From contig JAZDMX010000021.1 in the NCBI GenBank assembly GCA_043800555.1, forward strand, positions 29,905 to 93,904: 64,000 nt of DNA, written 5' to 3'. Source of the DNA: Candidatus Omnitrophota bacterium. GTDB lineage: Bacteria; Omnitrophota; Gorgyraeia; Gygaellales; Profunditerraquicolaceae. Within the stretch, counting starts at the first letter, position 1. The number at the start of each line of letters is the position of its first letter. This document shows positions 29,111 to 38,309 of this stretch, piece by piece. Position numbers and translations under genes: made by a program. The notes beneath the pieces were generated by a model that had not been told where the DNA came from, made no database searches, and saw only the letters and a program-made list of their open reading frames with translations.

Positions 29111-30379
29111 TTAGAATTTCATGTTCCAATCAAACTGGACCAGGGTCTCCGGTGCCCTTGCCCCAAACGTCCTCCAGGAACGGTATATATCCAGGCCCAA
29201 AAACGTATTCTTGGCTAAACCGAATTGCAGCTCCAACTCATGGCTCCTTATGCCGGTTTTACCGCTATAGCGGTCAGAATCAGGCAAAACATCGAGCACC
29301 GCATCCCTGCCGAGCATGGCATATATGTATTTAACCTGCCAATCCCCCCATTTCTCGATTTTATTCTTGCCTAATTTAAAACCGCAGGAAAAACCGCTTG
29401 AGCCGCTGGAAACCTCCAAGTTATTCACATATTCACCCATTAGCTTTAAAGACTCGACGTCCAATCCGATTGCCTTAAAAGGCTCCTTAATGCTAAACTC
29501 CAAGGCGGGATTAATCATCCGGTAATCATACGAATATGATGATGCCCCGGCCGTAGTATTGCCGGTATTACTTGCCCCGGAATATTTACTGCTGACATGG
29601 CCTTTTACGTTTTGAAAGGCCTGTAAAGATAAAGCGCCTTTTAGCGATAGGTTGTCATTGAATTTGTAACTTACCCCGGGTTGGGCAATATAGGCCATAG
29701 GGGCATCGTTATCCGAGCTAGTATCGGCGTCTACAATTAAGGCTCCCGCATTAAAGAAAATGTTCGCGTCTGGCCCTAAATCCTTATTGAATTTTATTAC
29801 AGCGCCTTCGGGGGTAATATCCGTATCCCAGATCAAATCAGTCGGCTCCCAAAGCGTATCGTCTAAATGCATCTTCCCGCCGACCAGGCCCAGCCAGGAA
29901 AATGGGTCATATTTAGCGTAAGCATAATCAAGGACAATAGTCTTTTTCTCATTATACCCGCCAAAGGTAATATTTGTGGAACGGGGATCTCCTGAGCCGG
30001 TAGCTATCCCGATTCCCGCCAAAAGCTTTTCGTTTATCTTTCCTTCCAAGCCCAGGCGCATGCGGATACGTCCGATATTCGTATCTTTTGCCAAATCATC
30101 CGTAGCTTTATCATGCTTATACTGGTACCTCAACCTGAAATCCCCCTTAAGCTTGATATTCTGCGCCCAAGCCGGCAAAGAAGCTGATTTTCCCGTAGCA
30201 ACTTCCTTCTTCACCTGTTCCTGCGTTTCAATCTTTACCTGTTGGGCTTCACCAGCCGTCAAAACCCCCTTATCCACTAATTTTTGCAGGAGCGTATCGA
30301 TTTCTCCCGCGTAAGAGCTGCCTATTAAGCATAAAACCGCGAACCCTGCCGCTACTACTACCGCTAAAAGCTTCTTCAT
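29111..30379 (-). CDS. outer-membrane porin, probably phosphate-selective (OprO/OprP-like)
   Basis: Start at MKKLLAVVVAAGFAVLCLIGSSYA (RBS GGAGGGAAG). N-terminal helical segment LLQKLVDKGVLTAGEAQQV, a beta-rich body and a C-terminal aromatic residue (..WNMKF). Heads the pstSCAB-phoU operon. Confidence 0.5.
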   Translation of the reverse strand: MKKLLAVVVAAGFAVLCLIGSSYAGEIDTLLQKLVDKGVLTAGEAQQVKIETQEQVKKEVATGKSASLPAWAQNIKLKGDFRLRYQYKHDKATDDLAKDTNIGRIRMRLGLEGKINEKLLAGIGIATGSGDPRSTNITFGGYNEKKTIVLDYAYAKYDPFSWLGLVGGKMHLDDTLWEPTDLIWDTDITPEGAVIKFNKDLGPDANIFFNAGALIVDADTSSDNDAPMAYIAQPGVSYKFNDNLSLKGALSLQAFQNVKGHVSSKYSGASNTGNTTAGASSYSYDYRMINPALEFSIKEPFKAIGLDVESLKLMGEYVNNLEVSSGSSGFSCGFKLGKNKIEKWGDWQVKYIYAMLGRDAVLDVLPDSDRYSGKTGIRSHELELQFGLAKNTFLGLDIYRSWRTFGARAPETLVQFDWNMKF

Positions 30380-30432
30380 TTTCTTCCCTCCCTGCCTGCC
30401 GGTAAGCAAGCTTTAACTGTGTTTATTGATTA

Positions 30433-30636
30433 TTAATCATTACCCAAACATGATTTCCTGATATTACGCAAAGCCGTTTCTATCTGTTTTAAAGACTCAT
30501 CCGCATAGCCAAAACCAGCATCTTCATCCTCCTCTATGCTCTCCAGGACATTACGCAACTGCTGGATCTGAAAACGTAAGTGGCTGGCTAGAAAGTCGCG
30601 GCGGATCGATGAGATGGCCTGCATTTTGATTTTCAC
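30433..30636 (-). CDS. small hypothetical acidic protein (start uncertain: GTG at 30636 or ATG at 30624)
   Basis: 67-aa ORF between the Pho-box-like element and the porin gene; no known family. Confidence 0.2.
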   Translation of the reverse strand: MKIKMQAISSIRRDFLASHLRFQIQQLRNVLESIEEDEDAGFGYADESLKQIETALRNIRKSCLGND

Positions 30637-30795
30637 CCCCTTGATTTAAGCTGTGCCGGAAACGCGCGGATTAAACTTATCGGAAATCTTTTGTTCATTG
30701 CCCGTAACTTTTTAGAAGTTTTTTCCGGCAAACTAATTGTTGTTTTTAATATCCGCATCATTTTCACGCCGCCTTAATCATACCTAACCGGCATT

Positions 30796-30834
30796 AAGCC
30801 CGCTTCAAATAAAAGTAAAATCCGGGTAAATATT
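30796..30834 (-). promoter_or_regulatory. Pho-box-like array of 11-bp direct repeats (TTTACccggat TTTACttttat TTGAAgcgggc TTAATgccggt, then TATGAT)
   Basis: The minus-strand reading shows four 11-bp-phased TTNAN half-sites followed by a -10-like hexamer. It shares 28 of about 32 core positions with the element at 31368-31414. Confidence 0.5.
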
Positions 30835-31240
30835 ATTTTACCTTGACTACGAATTCCTTCTCCTGCATCGCCTTGAGCTCCCTTACGGCATCCAATAATA
30901 CCGCGACGCTAAAGGGTTTATCAAAATAGCAATCCGCGCCCATAATGTGCGCGTACAATTTATCCTGCGGGCTGTTTTTTGCGCTTACGACTATGACAAA
31001 GGTCCCGGACAAAGGGTTATCTTTGCTTTTTATCCGGCGGCAAATATCGAATCCGTCCAGGCCCGGAAGCATGATATCGACTACCGCTATGTTAAAATAT
31101 TCATTCTTTAATTTTTCGGCTGCCGCATAGCCGTCAAAAACCTGCTCGACCAAAAGGCCTTCCTTGCGTAAATTATACGCGATGAGGGCGCTGACATCTT
31201 TATCGTCTTCCACTATGATGACCTTAAACGGATTTCTCAT
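30833..31240 (-). CDS. single-domain response regulator (CheY-like receiver)
   Basis: 135 aa; VIIVEDDKDVSALIAYNL...VVDIMLPGLDGFDICRRIK shows the receiver domain aspartate pocket. Confidence 0.7.
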   Translation of the reverse strand: MRNPFKVIIVEDDKDVSALIAYNLRKEGLLVEQVFDGYAAAEKLKNEYFNIAVVDIMLPGLDGFDICRRIKSKDNPLSGTFVIVVSAKNSPQDKLYAHIMGADCYFDKPFSVAVLLDAVRELKAMQEKEFVVKVK

Positions 31241-31367
31241 GCCTTAGGCGTATTGACGGTAAAAATAGTCCATTTCGGCTATTTCCTCGTCAATAATCTT
31301 TTTTAAAAAGCGGGTTATCTTCAGCCATGTCTTTCGTATTTTTCTTTTCATGGCCAAAGTATAAAAC

Positions 31368-31414
31368 AAGCGGGTTAAATACGCTTCAAGGATAAGTAAA
31401 ATGCGGGTAAAGTC
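31368..31414 (-). promoter_or_regulatory. Pho-box-like array of 11-bp direct repeats (TTTACccgcat TTTACttatcc TTGAAgcgtat TTAACccgctt, then TATACT)
   Basis: Paralogous to the element at 30796-30834. Located between the phoR stop and the orphan receiver gene, with a -10-like TATACT 4 nt after the last repeat. Confidence 0.5.
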
Positions 31415-31432
31415 TTTGGGGGGTTAAAAATG

Positions 31433-33196
31433 CTATTTAGGGAGGATAAAGAAAAATTTTGAACCCGAGCCTTCGCTGCTTTCCACTCCGACGCTGCCGC
31501 CGTGCAATTCCACGATATGCTTTACAATGGACAGGCCAAGGCCCGTCCCGCCAAGTTCGCGGGAACGCGCTTTGTCTACCCTATAGAACCGTTCAAAAAT
31601 ACGCGGGAGGTCTTTTTCGGGGATACCGATGCCGGAATCCTCTACCGTAATCCTGGCCTTTTTACCCTGCGCATCGGCATAAATCTTCACTGCGCTTTTT
31701 TCCCGGTTGAATTTTATGGCATTATCAATAAGATTGGTAAAAACCTGTTTTATCCTTTCTTTATCGGCTTTTACCAGGATCTCCGGGCCCAGCCCGTTTA
31801 TTATTTCAATTTTCTTCTTCTTAAGTTGCGAACCAAAACCCAAAATGACCTCTTCGGCCGCCTGGCGCAGGTTAACTTCGCTTATCTGAAGCGGCATATC
31901 TTTCGACTCTAAGCTCGATAAAGAAAGAAGGTCGTTAACCAGGCTATTGAGCCGGTCGGCGTGATTGCGGATTATTTCCAGGAAATTACGGTTATTTTCC
32001 TTATCATCCAAAGCCCCTTCCAGAAGCGTCTCTACAAAACCTTTTATAGAGGTAAGCGGGGTTTTTAGTTCATGTGACACATTAGCCACAAAATCGCGCC
32101 GGATAGTCTCAAGCCTCCTGATCTCGGTAATATCATGGACCACCACCAGGCATCCATCTACTGATTCATTCTCGAAGATTGGAACGGCGTTAACCTCGAA
32201 AATCTTGCGGCCCGGCAATACCAGGATAATTTCGGCGGATAAAGGCCTTGCTCCAATTAACACATTATTTATTATTCCGGAGATTTCGTTATTACGTATT
32301 GCTTCCAGGAAAGCTTTGCCTTGCGCGTCTTTATTCGGTATCCCGAAGATTGCTTCAATCGCAGGGTTAACGGAGACTATGCGCCCTGCCCTATCGACAA
32401 CAATAATACCCTCGATCATACTGTTAAAAATAGCCGCCAGTTCCTGGTTCTGTTGCCTGACCTCCCTGATTTTATCTTCCAGCCCTTGGGCCATTTTATT
32501 TAAAGTAACAGCGAGCTCCCCTATTTCATCTTTGGAATAATTGATGATCCTGTGCGTAAAATCACCCTCGGAGAACCTGCGCGAAACCTGGATTATCCTG
32601 TTAATCGGCCGGGTTATGCGTATGGTAAGGATATAGCCTAAGACAAAAGCAAAACCCAAGGCAAAAAGCAAGCCCATAAAGACTATCCTCCTGATGCCGG
32701 AAAGCATTCTCTCGACATTCTCCAGAGGAAGCGCCAGCCTCAAGACTCCGAGGAACCTGCCATCCTCATTTATAGGTAAAGCCACATAAAGCATGTTTAT
32801 CTTAAGGGTATTGGAAAAACGCGTATCAATGCCGATATTACCGCTTAATGCCCGGCCTACCTCCGGGCGGTTAAGATGGTTTTCCATTTTAAGGGCATCT
32901 TGAGGCGATTTTTCCGAATCAGCCAGCACCCTGCCATCCTTGTTAATAACGGTTATGCGGTTTTTTATTTTGGGGCTTAGGACTTTGACTAAAGCATCAA
33001 TAGGTAAAGCATCTGCCTTCTTTAAGCTTTCTAAGTTAATCTGATTTTCGATTAAATATGCTTCGGAAATAAGCGAGGATTGGATATTATGCAGGGAATT
33101 CTCTTCCAGGTTTTTGTCTAAAAAGAAAGCCGTAAAACCAAAGGAGATTAAAACCACCGAGACGTAGAAAAGGATAAGCTTAAGCTTCATATTCAA
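31433..33196 (-). CDS. phoR: sensor histidine kinase, PhoR-like (periplasmic sensor, HAMP, PAS, HisKA, HATPase_c)
   Basis: 587 aa; H-box VSHELKTPLTSIKGF, the N/G1/G2 boxes (NLIDNAIKF, DSGIGIP, GGTGLGLSIVK) and two TM helices flanking a sensor domain. Confidence 0.85.
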   Translation of the reverse strand: MNMKLKLILFYVSVVLISFGFTAFFLDKNLEENSLHNIQSSLISEAYLIENQINLESLKKADALPIDALVKVLSPKIKNRITVINKDGRVLADSEKSPQDALKMENHLNRPEVGRALSGNIGIDTRFSNTLKINMLYVALPINEDGRFLGVLRLALPLENVERMLSGIRRIVFMGLLFALGFAFVLGYILTIRITRPINRIIQVSRRFSEGDFTHRIINYSKDEIGELAVTLNKMAQGLEDKIREVRQQNQELAAIFNSMIEGIIVVDRAGRIVSVNPAIEAIFGIPNKDAQGKAFLEAIRNNEISGIINNVLIGARPLSAEIILVLPGRKIFEVNAVPIFENESVDGCLVVVHDITEIRRLETIRRDFVANVSHELKTPLTSIKGFVETLLEGALDDKENNRNFLEIIRNHADRLNSLVNDLLSLSSLESKDMPLQISEVNLRQAAEEVILGFGSQLKKKKIEIINGLGPEILVKADKERIKQVFTNLIDNAIKFNREKSAVKIYADAQGKKARITVEDSGIGIPEKDLPRIFERFYRVDKARSRELGGTGLGLSIVKHIVELHGGSVGVESSEGSGSKFFFILPK

Positions 33197-33872
33197 ATCT
33201 GTAGCCGTAATTCTTTACGGTTATTATCCGCTTGGCTTCGCTTTTTAATTTCTTGCGCAATGTCCTTATGTGCACGTCAACGGTGCGGGTTTGTATCTCG
33301 ACAGCATGGTCAAAGCCCCAGATATTATCCAAAAGGTAATCCCTGGAGAGGACCCTGCCTTTTACCCCGATCAAGGCCTTTAATAGCTCGAATTCTTTCG
33401 AGGTCAACTCAACGGGCTTATCTTTGACTTTAACGCTGATTTTAGAAAAATCCAGGGTTAAATCGCCTATTTTCAGCAATTCCGGCAGCTTATCCTTCTC
33501 TCTTATGCGCCGCAATACTGCCTTGACCCTGGCAATAAGCTCGCGGGGGCTAAAAGGCTTAGTTATGTAGTCATCCGCTCCTAACTCCAGCCCGACTATT
33601 TTATCTGACTCTTGAGCTTTAGCGGTAAGCATAATGACCGGGATCCCTAAAGTCTTTCTTTCAAGCTTAAGCTCCTTACAAACCTCCAGGCCATCAATCC
33701 CAGGGAGCATCAAATCTAAAATAACCAGATCGGGAATTTTTCTGGTGGCGATATCCACCGCATCCTCACCGTCATTAACGGATAAGACTTTGAACCCTTC
33801 TTTCTTGAGATTATACTCAAGCATCTTTACAATGTCGTTTTCGTCTTCAACGATTAAAACTGTTTCTTTCAC
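33180..33872 (-). CDS. phoB: OmpR/PhoB family response regulator
   Basis: Receiver domain (LIVEDENDIVKMLEY.., VILDLMLPGIDGLEVCK) plus a winged-helix output domain; overlaps phoR by 17 nt. Confidence 0.85.
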   Translation of the reverse strand: MKETVLIVEDENDIVKMLEYNLKKEGFKVLSVNDGEDAVDIATRKIPDLVILDLMLPGIDGLEVCKELKLERKTLGIPVIMLTAKAQESDKIVGLELGADDYITKPFSPRELIARVKAVLRRIREKDKLPELLKIGDLTLDFSKISVKVKDKPVELTSKEFELLKALIGVKGRVLSRDYLLDNIWGFDHAVEIQTRTVDVHIRTLRKKLKSEAKRIITVKNYGYRFEYEA

Positions 33873-33949
33873 GCATACCCCCCCAGGTTATCCTATAAGC
33901 ATTTTAACAAAGAAACGGGCTTAAATAATAAGATTGTTAAATAGCAAAG

Positions 33950-34309
33950 CTATCTTCCGGAGCCGGCGGTAATTTCTTTCTTCAATTTACCGCTTATGCT
34001 GCAATAGGCTTCGACTGAAAGGGTATCGCCGTCTTTTACGTCCGGGATAAGCCAGCTTACGGTTTGGCTGGCGTAATTATCCTGGCGCGATATCCTTTGT
34101 TCGATTATTTCTTTTCCGTTTAAACCCGCGTCAACTTTATTAATATAATGGTTGGCCGGATTGGCAACATCATGCATTATGACGGCAGTTAACACTTTTG
34201 TCGCCGGATCAAAGGTAATCTTGATATCATGCGGAGGATGGGCATACGCTATCGAACTAAACGCGAAAAACAGAACAGCTAATGACAAAAATAACCGTTT
34301 CATTTTCAA
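33950..34309 (-). CDS. hypothetical secreted protein (119 aa)
   Basis: Signal peptide MKMKRLFLSLAVLFFAFSSIAYA; no recognisable family. Confidence 0.35.
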   Translation of the reverse strand: MKMKRLFLSLAVLFFAFSSIAYAHPPHDIKITFDPATKVLTAVIMHDVANPANHYINKVDAGLNGKEIIEQRISRQDNYASQTVSWLIPDVKDGDTLSVEAYCSISGKLKKEITAGSGR

Positions 34310-34375
34310 CCCCTTTCTTTATAAGGACGGCCTATTCGATTATGGGCGTAAGCATAGAAACGCCCCTTACGGCTA

Positions 34376-35110
34376 TCACGAAATCCTGTTTAATAGGGGA
34401 ACCGCCATATTTAAAACCAGCAGGCTCAATAATTCAACGTCAAAACCGGCCCCCAGGTTAGTCAAAACAAAGATTAGCCCGGACACAAGAGCGCCGAATA
34501 AAAATTTAGCCTTTTGCTTGACGGGCGTAGTCTTTGGTTCAATTACCATGACAAAAATATAGAATAAACTCAAATACCCGGATATGCCCCAAAATGGTAT
34601 TTTCTGAATCACTGCCTGCAGTCCGAACAAAACCAGGAAAACAATCCCATAACCAACAAGTATTTCGATTCTCCTGAATTTATAAGCAAAATATAACCCG
34701 AAAGGAACCAGAATATACCAAAGATAGGTTCCCTTCCATTGGGTAGAAGCATTAAAAATAATCAATATTACGAATATACCGAAAGCGGCAGGGTTAAAAA
34801 TATGTTTCTTTTGGAAACGGATCAAATACTTTGACGAAATTGCCAATACCGAAGATAATGCAATTTGCCACCAGGCCTGGTCGCTAGAAAGCACAAAACC
34901 CAAGATCAAACCCGTAATAACGGAGCTTTCGGTAAATTCGAGAACCTTATCCCTAAAATACAGGATTACTGATTCGGCGCACAGGCTTGAAATAACCGCG
35001 ATAGCCATAGCCATAAGGAATAAGGCATCCTTATCCCTAAAAGAAAGAAATAGCGCAAAACATGCTAAACAGAGGATTAACTGGAATTTTACGGACTTAA
35101 GGGCCAGCAT
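34376..35110 (-). CDS. RnfD/NqrB-family-like polytopic membrane protein (short, orphan)
   Basis: C-terminal segment FVMVIEPKTTPVKQKAKFLFGALVSGLIFVL..AGFDVELLSLLVLNMAVPLLNRI aligns with the RnfD segment [52 protein letters not shown]. It is 244 aa, and there are no other rnf/nqr genes nearby. Confidence 0.45.
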   Translation of the reverse strand: MLALKSVKFQLILCLACFALFLSFRDKDALFLMAMAIAVISSLCAESVILYFRDKVLEFTESSVITGLILGFVLSSDQAWWQIALSSVLAISSKYLIRFQKKHIFNPAAFGIFVILIIFNASTQWKGTYLWYILVPFGLYFAYKFRRIEILVGYGIVFLVLFGLQAVIQKIPFWGISGYLSLFYIFVMVIEPKTTPVKQKAKFLFGALVSGLIFVLTNLGAGFDVELLSLLVLNMAVPLLNRIS

Positions 35111-35149
35111 TAGAGACTATTTACCTGAGGCAAAAGGCGCATTTTATCC

Positions 35150-35677
35150 TCATTCTCCATTATTCTCCCTTTTATATAGCCCGGTTAATTCGGCTTTTGC
35201 CAATATGTGGGCATCCATTGCCTTCTCAAGCTCCGGTTTCCTAAAACCTTCGCTTAGGTTAAGCATAACATCAAGGGCATATAATTTAAAGAAATACCTG
35301 TGGATCCCGGAAAATGGGCACGGCCCTGCGTAACTCTTTTTGCCAAAATCGTTTGTACCTTGCTCACCGGGCACGCTGTTTTCTTCAATACGGCCGATTG
35401 GAGCAATGTTGCAAACAACCCAATGGACCCACATTCCCCCCGGCGCGTCCGGATCATCTGCTATAAGCGCTAAACTCTCAGTCCCGGGAGGAACCCCCTC
35501 AATAACAAACGCCGGGTTAATATCCTTGCCTTCGCAGCTAAACTTAACGGGGATGAAACCATTATTCTCAAATGCCGGGCTTTTCAATTGCAGAGGGTTT
35601 TCTCCTTTTGGCTCTGCCGGACCGGCAACAGCAAAAAGAATAACCCAGGGCAACATCAATAAAACGGTTTTCTTCAT
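35150..35677 (-). CDS. YbhB/YbcL family Raf-kinase-inhibitor-like (PEBP) protein, secreted
   Basis: Signal peptide plus the PEBP motifs DPDAPGG..WVHWVV and GPCPFSGIHRYFFKLYALD. Confidence 0.8.
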   Translation of the reverse strand: MKKTVLLMLPWVILFAVAGPAEPKGENPLQLKSPAFENNGFIPVKFSCEGKDINPAFVIEGVPPGTESLALIADDPDAPGGMWVHWVVCNIAPIGRIEENSVPGEQGTNDFGKKSYAGPCPFSGIHRYFFKLYALDVMLNLSEGFRKPELEKAMDAHILAKAELTGLYKRENNGE

Positions 35678-35709
35678 TCCGCTTGGGGTTTAGGCAAACC
35701 CCTTATATA

Positions 35710-36105
35710 TCAGGCCAACGCCAATTCCCGGCTAGCCTGCCATAAGCCGTGAATATTGCAATAGCTGGATGCAAAAATCATCCCAGGCTTATCCGTTTTA
35801 AACGTAACCGCCATTTCCGGATGAGCGTAAACAGCGCTCGTATCCGGGCCGTTGATTGAGGCCCCGTGCGCCGAAAACTCTGCTTTAGCGACTTGATACG
35901 GGTATTTGTCTCCCTGCGGCTGGAAGAAAACGCTAATCCAGCTTATGAAATGCTCGGTCTTATTGGGATGCGGGATACCTTTACCTACTCCCACCGTAAC
36001 TTTAAAGAATTCTCCTTTGTTAACTTTATCCGGGGCTTCAATTACCGGAATATGTTTTTCCGACTTCCAATCAGCGCTTTGCAACAAATCTCCCAAGCCA
36101 GCCAT
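35710..36105 (-). CDS. superoxide reductase (neelaredoxin / desulfoferrodoxin Fe centre II domain)
   Basis: KHIPVIE ... HPNKTEHFISWI ... C..H ligand pattern; 131 aa single-domain SOR; RBS AAAGGAG. Confidence 0.75.
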   Translation of the reverse strand: MAGLGDLLQSADWKSEKHIPVIEAPDKVNKGEFFKVTVGVGKGIPHPNKTEHFISWISVFFQPQGDKYPYQVAKAEFSAHGASINGPDTSAVYAHPEMAVTFKTDKPGMIFASSYCNIHGLWQASRELALA

Positions 36106-36128
36106 ATTATTTCTCCTTTCGTTTTAAT

Positions 36129-36569
36129 CTATTTTGAAAGCTTCCTATCGATCGAAAATGAACCTGCGCCCTTAATCATCAAAACTACGGATATGGCAAT
36201 AACCAAAAGGTGGTATTCGATACCTTCGCCTTTTTGCGCTCCGAACCAGTTCATAAAAAAACCAAAACGCCAATGGACCAGGCATATAGCCACAGCCATA
36301 ACAACCGCAATCCCTAAAGCTGCCAAACGGGTGAAAAATCCAATGATTAAGGCAATCGACCCGATAAATTCGGCAGCGATAGCCAGAAGGGCAAAAATCA
36401 AAGGTATATGCATTTTATCCGTAAACACCGCTAAAGTAGCGTTTAACCCGTATCCACCAAACCACCCTAACGCCTTCTGGGCCCCGTGAGGAAAGAAGAC
36501 TCCGCCTAATATTAAGCGGAGCATCAAGGCCGGAATATCTTCATCTGTTTTGAGTATTTCCTTAAACAT
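36129..36569 (-). CDS. DoxX family membrane protein
   Basis: Start at MFKEILKTDEDIPALMLRLILGGVFFPHGAQK (RBS AAAGGA); 4 TM; DoxX signature. Confidence 0.7.
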   Translation of the reverse strand: MFKEILKTDEDIPALMLRLILGGVFFPHGAQKALGWFGGYGLNATLAVFTDKMHIPLIFALLAIAAEFIGSIALIIGFFTRLAALGIAVVMAVAICLVHWRFGFFMNWFGAQKGEGIEYHLLVIAISVVLMIKGAGSFSIDRKLSK

Positions 36570-36706
36570 CTGCCGTCCTTTCTTATATTTGCAAATTTTC
36601 AACTTTAGGATATAATTATACTGCAAAGAAACAAAATTTCACACCAATATTTATTATCTTTCTATTTAAAAAAGCGCGATAATTTATAAACAAAAAAAGG
36701 AGCAAT

Positions 36707-37198
36707 ATGAAAAAAACGGTCATTTGTTTTGCCCTTATTTCCGGATTCGCCTTAATTGCCTATGGCGGGCAAATAAGCAGGATTGAACTAAACGACGGCA
36801 GCGTAATCGAGGGCGAGGTTGTTTCCCTCGACAATGGGGCCTATATTTTAAATAGCGGCAGTTTAGGAAAAATCAGGGTTGAGGCAACAAGAGTAAAAAG
36901 AATTGAGGCAAAAACTCAAAATCCGGACCCCGCGGGCAATCTACCGCCGGCAATGGACCAGGACTTAATTAAATCGGAGATCAACCAAACCCGGAAACAA
37001 ATAGTTGATAACCCCGAGATTATGCGGATAGTAAACGAACTGGCCAATGACCCGGATTTCCAGGAAGCGATGAAAGACCCGGGAATAGTCAAAGCAGCCA
37101 AATCTCAGGACGTTAAGGCGCTTATATCCAATGAAAAGTTTATGAATCTAATCAAAAACGCCAAAATCAAAGAAATCGAGAATAAACTACAGAATTAA
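36707..37198 (+). CDS. hypothetical secreted protein (163 aa)
   Basis: RBS AAAGGAG, signal peptide MKKTVICFALISGFALIAYG; one of only two plus-strand genes. Confidence 0.45.
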   Translation: MKKTVICFALISGFALIAYGGQISRIELNDGSVIEGEVVSLDNGAYILNSGSLGKIRVEATRVKRIEAKTQNPDPAGNLPPAMDQDLIKSEINQTRKQIVDNPEIMRIVNELANDPDFQEAMKDPGIVKAAKSQDVKALISNEKFMNLIKNAKIKEIENKLQN

Positions 37199-37209
37199 GA
37201 ACCGGCAAC

Positions 37210-37866
37210 TTACGCTAGCTTCATGCCGTAAACATAAAGCGGGACGTCCCTGTGCAATACCGGCCTGAAATACGACCTCTTGGACGTATATAACAATTTA
37301 AATCCTTTCTTCCGGAAGAACCCGGCTCCGGCTTCGGACATCGTAGCTAAATGCACCCCCTTGACCCCTTCCTGCCTAAGGTAATCAAGGTACCTGCTAA
37401 GCAGCCGCGAGCCTATACTCAAACCCCGAAAAACTTTGTTTACGTTAACATGTAAAATAGCCGGGTACTCCCCGGAAAAATCCGGGGCGATTAACCTGCC
37501 ACCTGCTGCGTCCCATAAGCAGCTAAGGATAAAAATTATATTCTTCTTACTCAAAAAAATCCCGCTTTTTATCGCTTTGTAGAACAATCGGGGAACGATT
37601 CTTTTATTAAAAACACTTTCCAAGACAACTGTATTTTTGGCTCCGATCAAACAACCTATTACTTTTGAATTGACTACCGCGACGAAACAAGACTGCGGCT
37701 CATAATCCGTAAAGTACAGAGTCAACGCGTCGCTAAAAACTTCCCTGCCTTCGAAGAATAATGACGCCGGCTCTCCGAGAAGCGCGGTATCATGGATAAT
37801 CTGCCTGACATCCTGCGTATCCCCGGGTTCAAATTTCCTTATCTTTACGTCGAGATCTTCCGGCAT
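37210..37866 (-). CDS. GNAT family N-acetyltransferase
   Basis: 218 aa with an acetyl-CoA-binding beta-bulge region (ILHVNVNKVFRGLSIGSRLL). Confidence 0.6.
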   Translation of the reverse strand: MPEDLDVKIRKFEPGDTQDVRQIIHDTALLGEPASLFFEGREVFSDALTLYFTDYEPQSCFVAVVNSKVIGCLIGAKNTVVLESVFNKRIVPRLFYKAIKSGIFLSKKNIIFILSCLWDAAGGRLIAPDFSGEYPAILHVNVNKVFRGLSIGSRLLSRYLDYLRQEGVKGVHLATMSEAGAGFFRKKGFKLLYTSKRSYFRPVLHRDVPLYVYGMKLA

Positions 37867-38302
37867 GCCTTTTTCTTTCTTTTATGCCCTTTACCGCGAA
37901 AAACACGATAAAGTAAACTATCAAGGAACAAATGACCCCCAAAATAATACTGCCCAAAAACAGAGGCTCATAATGGCTGGCGATATTCTTAAACGAGATA
38001 TTCTTGAAATCCGACCACTGTAACGGCCCGAATCTTCCCCATAAGATAAGCCTGCCGATTTCATAGCCCGCCCAAGTTATAAATGGGACCGTAGGAGGCA
38101 AAGAAATATTTGTCCCTAATAATATGGCGAATTTATTAGCCGGCCGCACGATGACCGCGGCGATAATAACAAGCGCCGTATGCAAGCCGTAAACCGGCAA
38201 AACGCCTATAAATGAGCCGATAGCCACGCCCAAAGCTATTCCATGAGGCGTGCTATTACCCAAAAGAAGCCTGAAAAATATTCTCTTAATCCTGAATTTC
38301 AA
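37829..38302 (-). CDS. DUF2062 family membrane protein
   Basis: 157 aa; GIALGVAIGSFIGVLPVYGLHTALVIIAAVIVRPANKFA.. matches the DUF2062 pattern; overlaps the GNAT gene by 38 nt. Confidence 0.55.
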   Translation of the reverse strand: MKFRIKRIFFRLLLGNSTPHGIALGVAIGSFIGVLPVYGLHTALVIIAAVIVRPANKFAILLGTNISLPPTVPFITWAGYEIGRLILWGRFGPLQWSDFKNISFKNIASHYEPLFLGSIILGVICSLIVYFIVFFAVKGIKERKRHAGRSRRKDKEI

Positions 38303-38309
38303 TTTCGGG

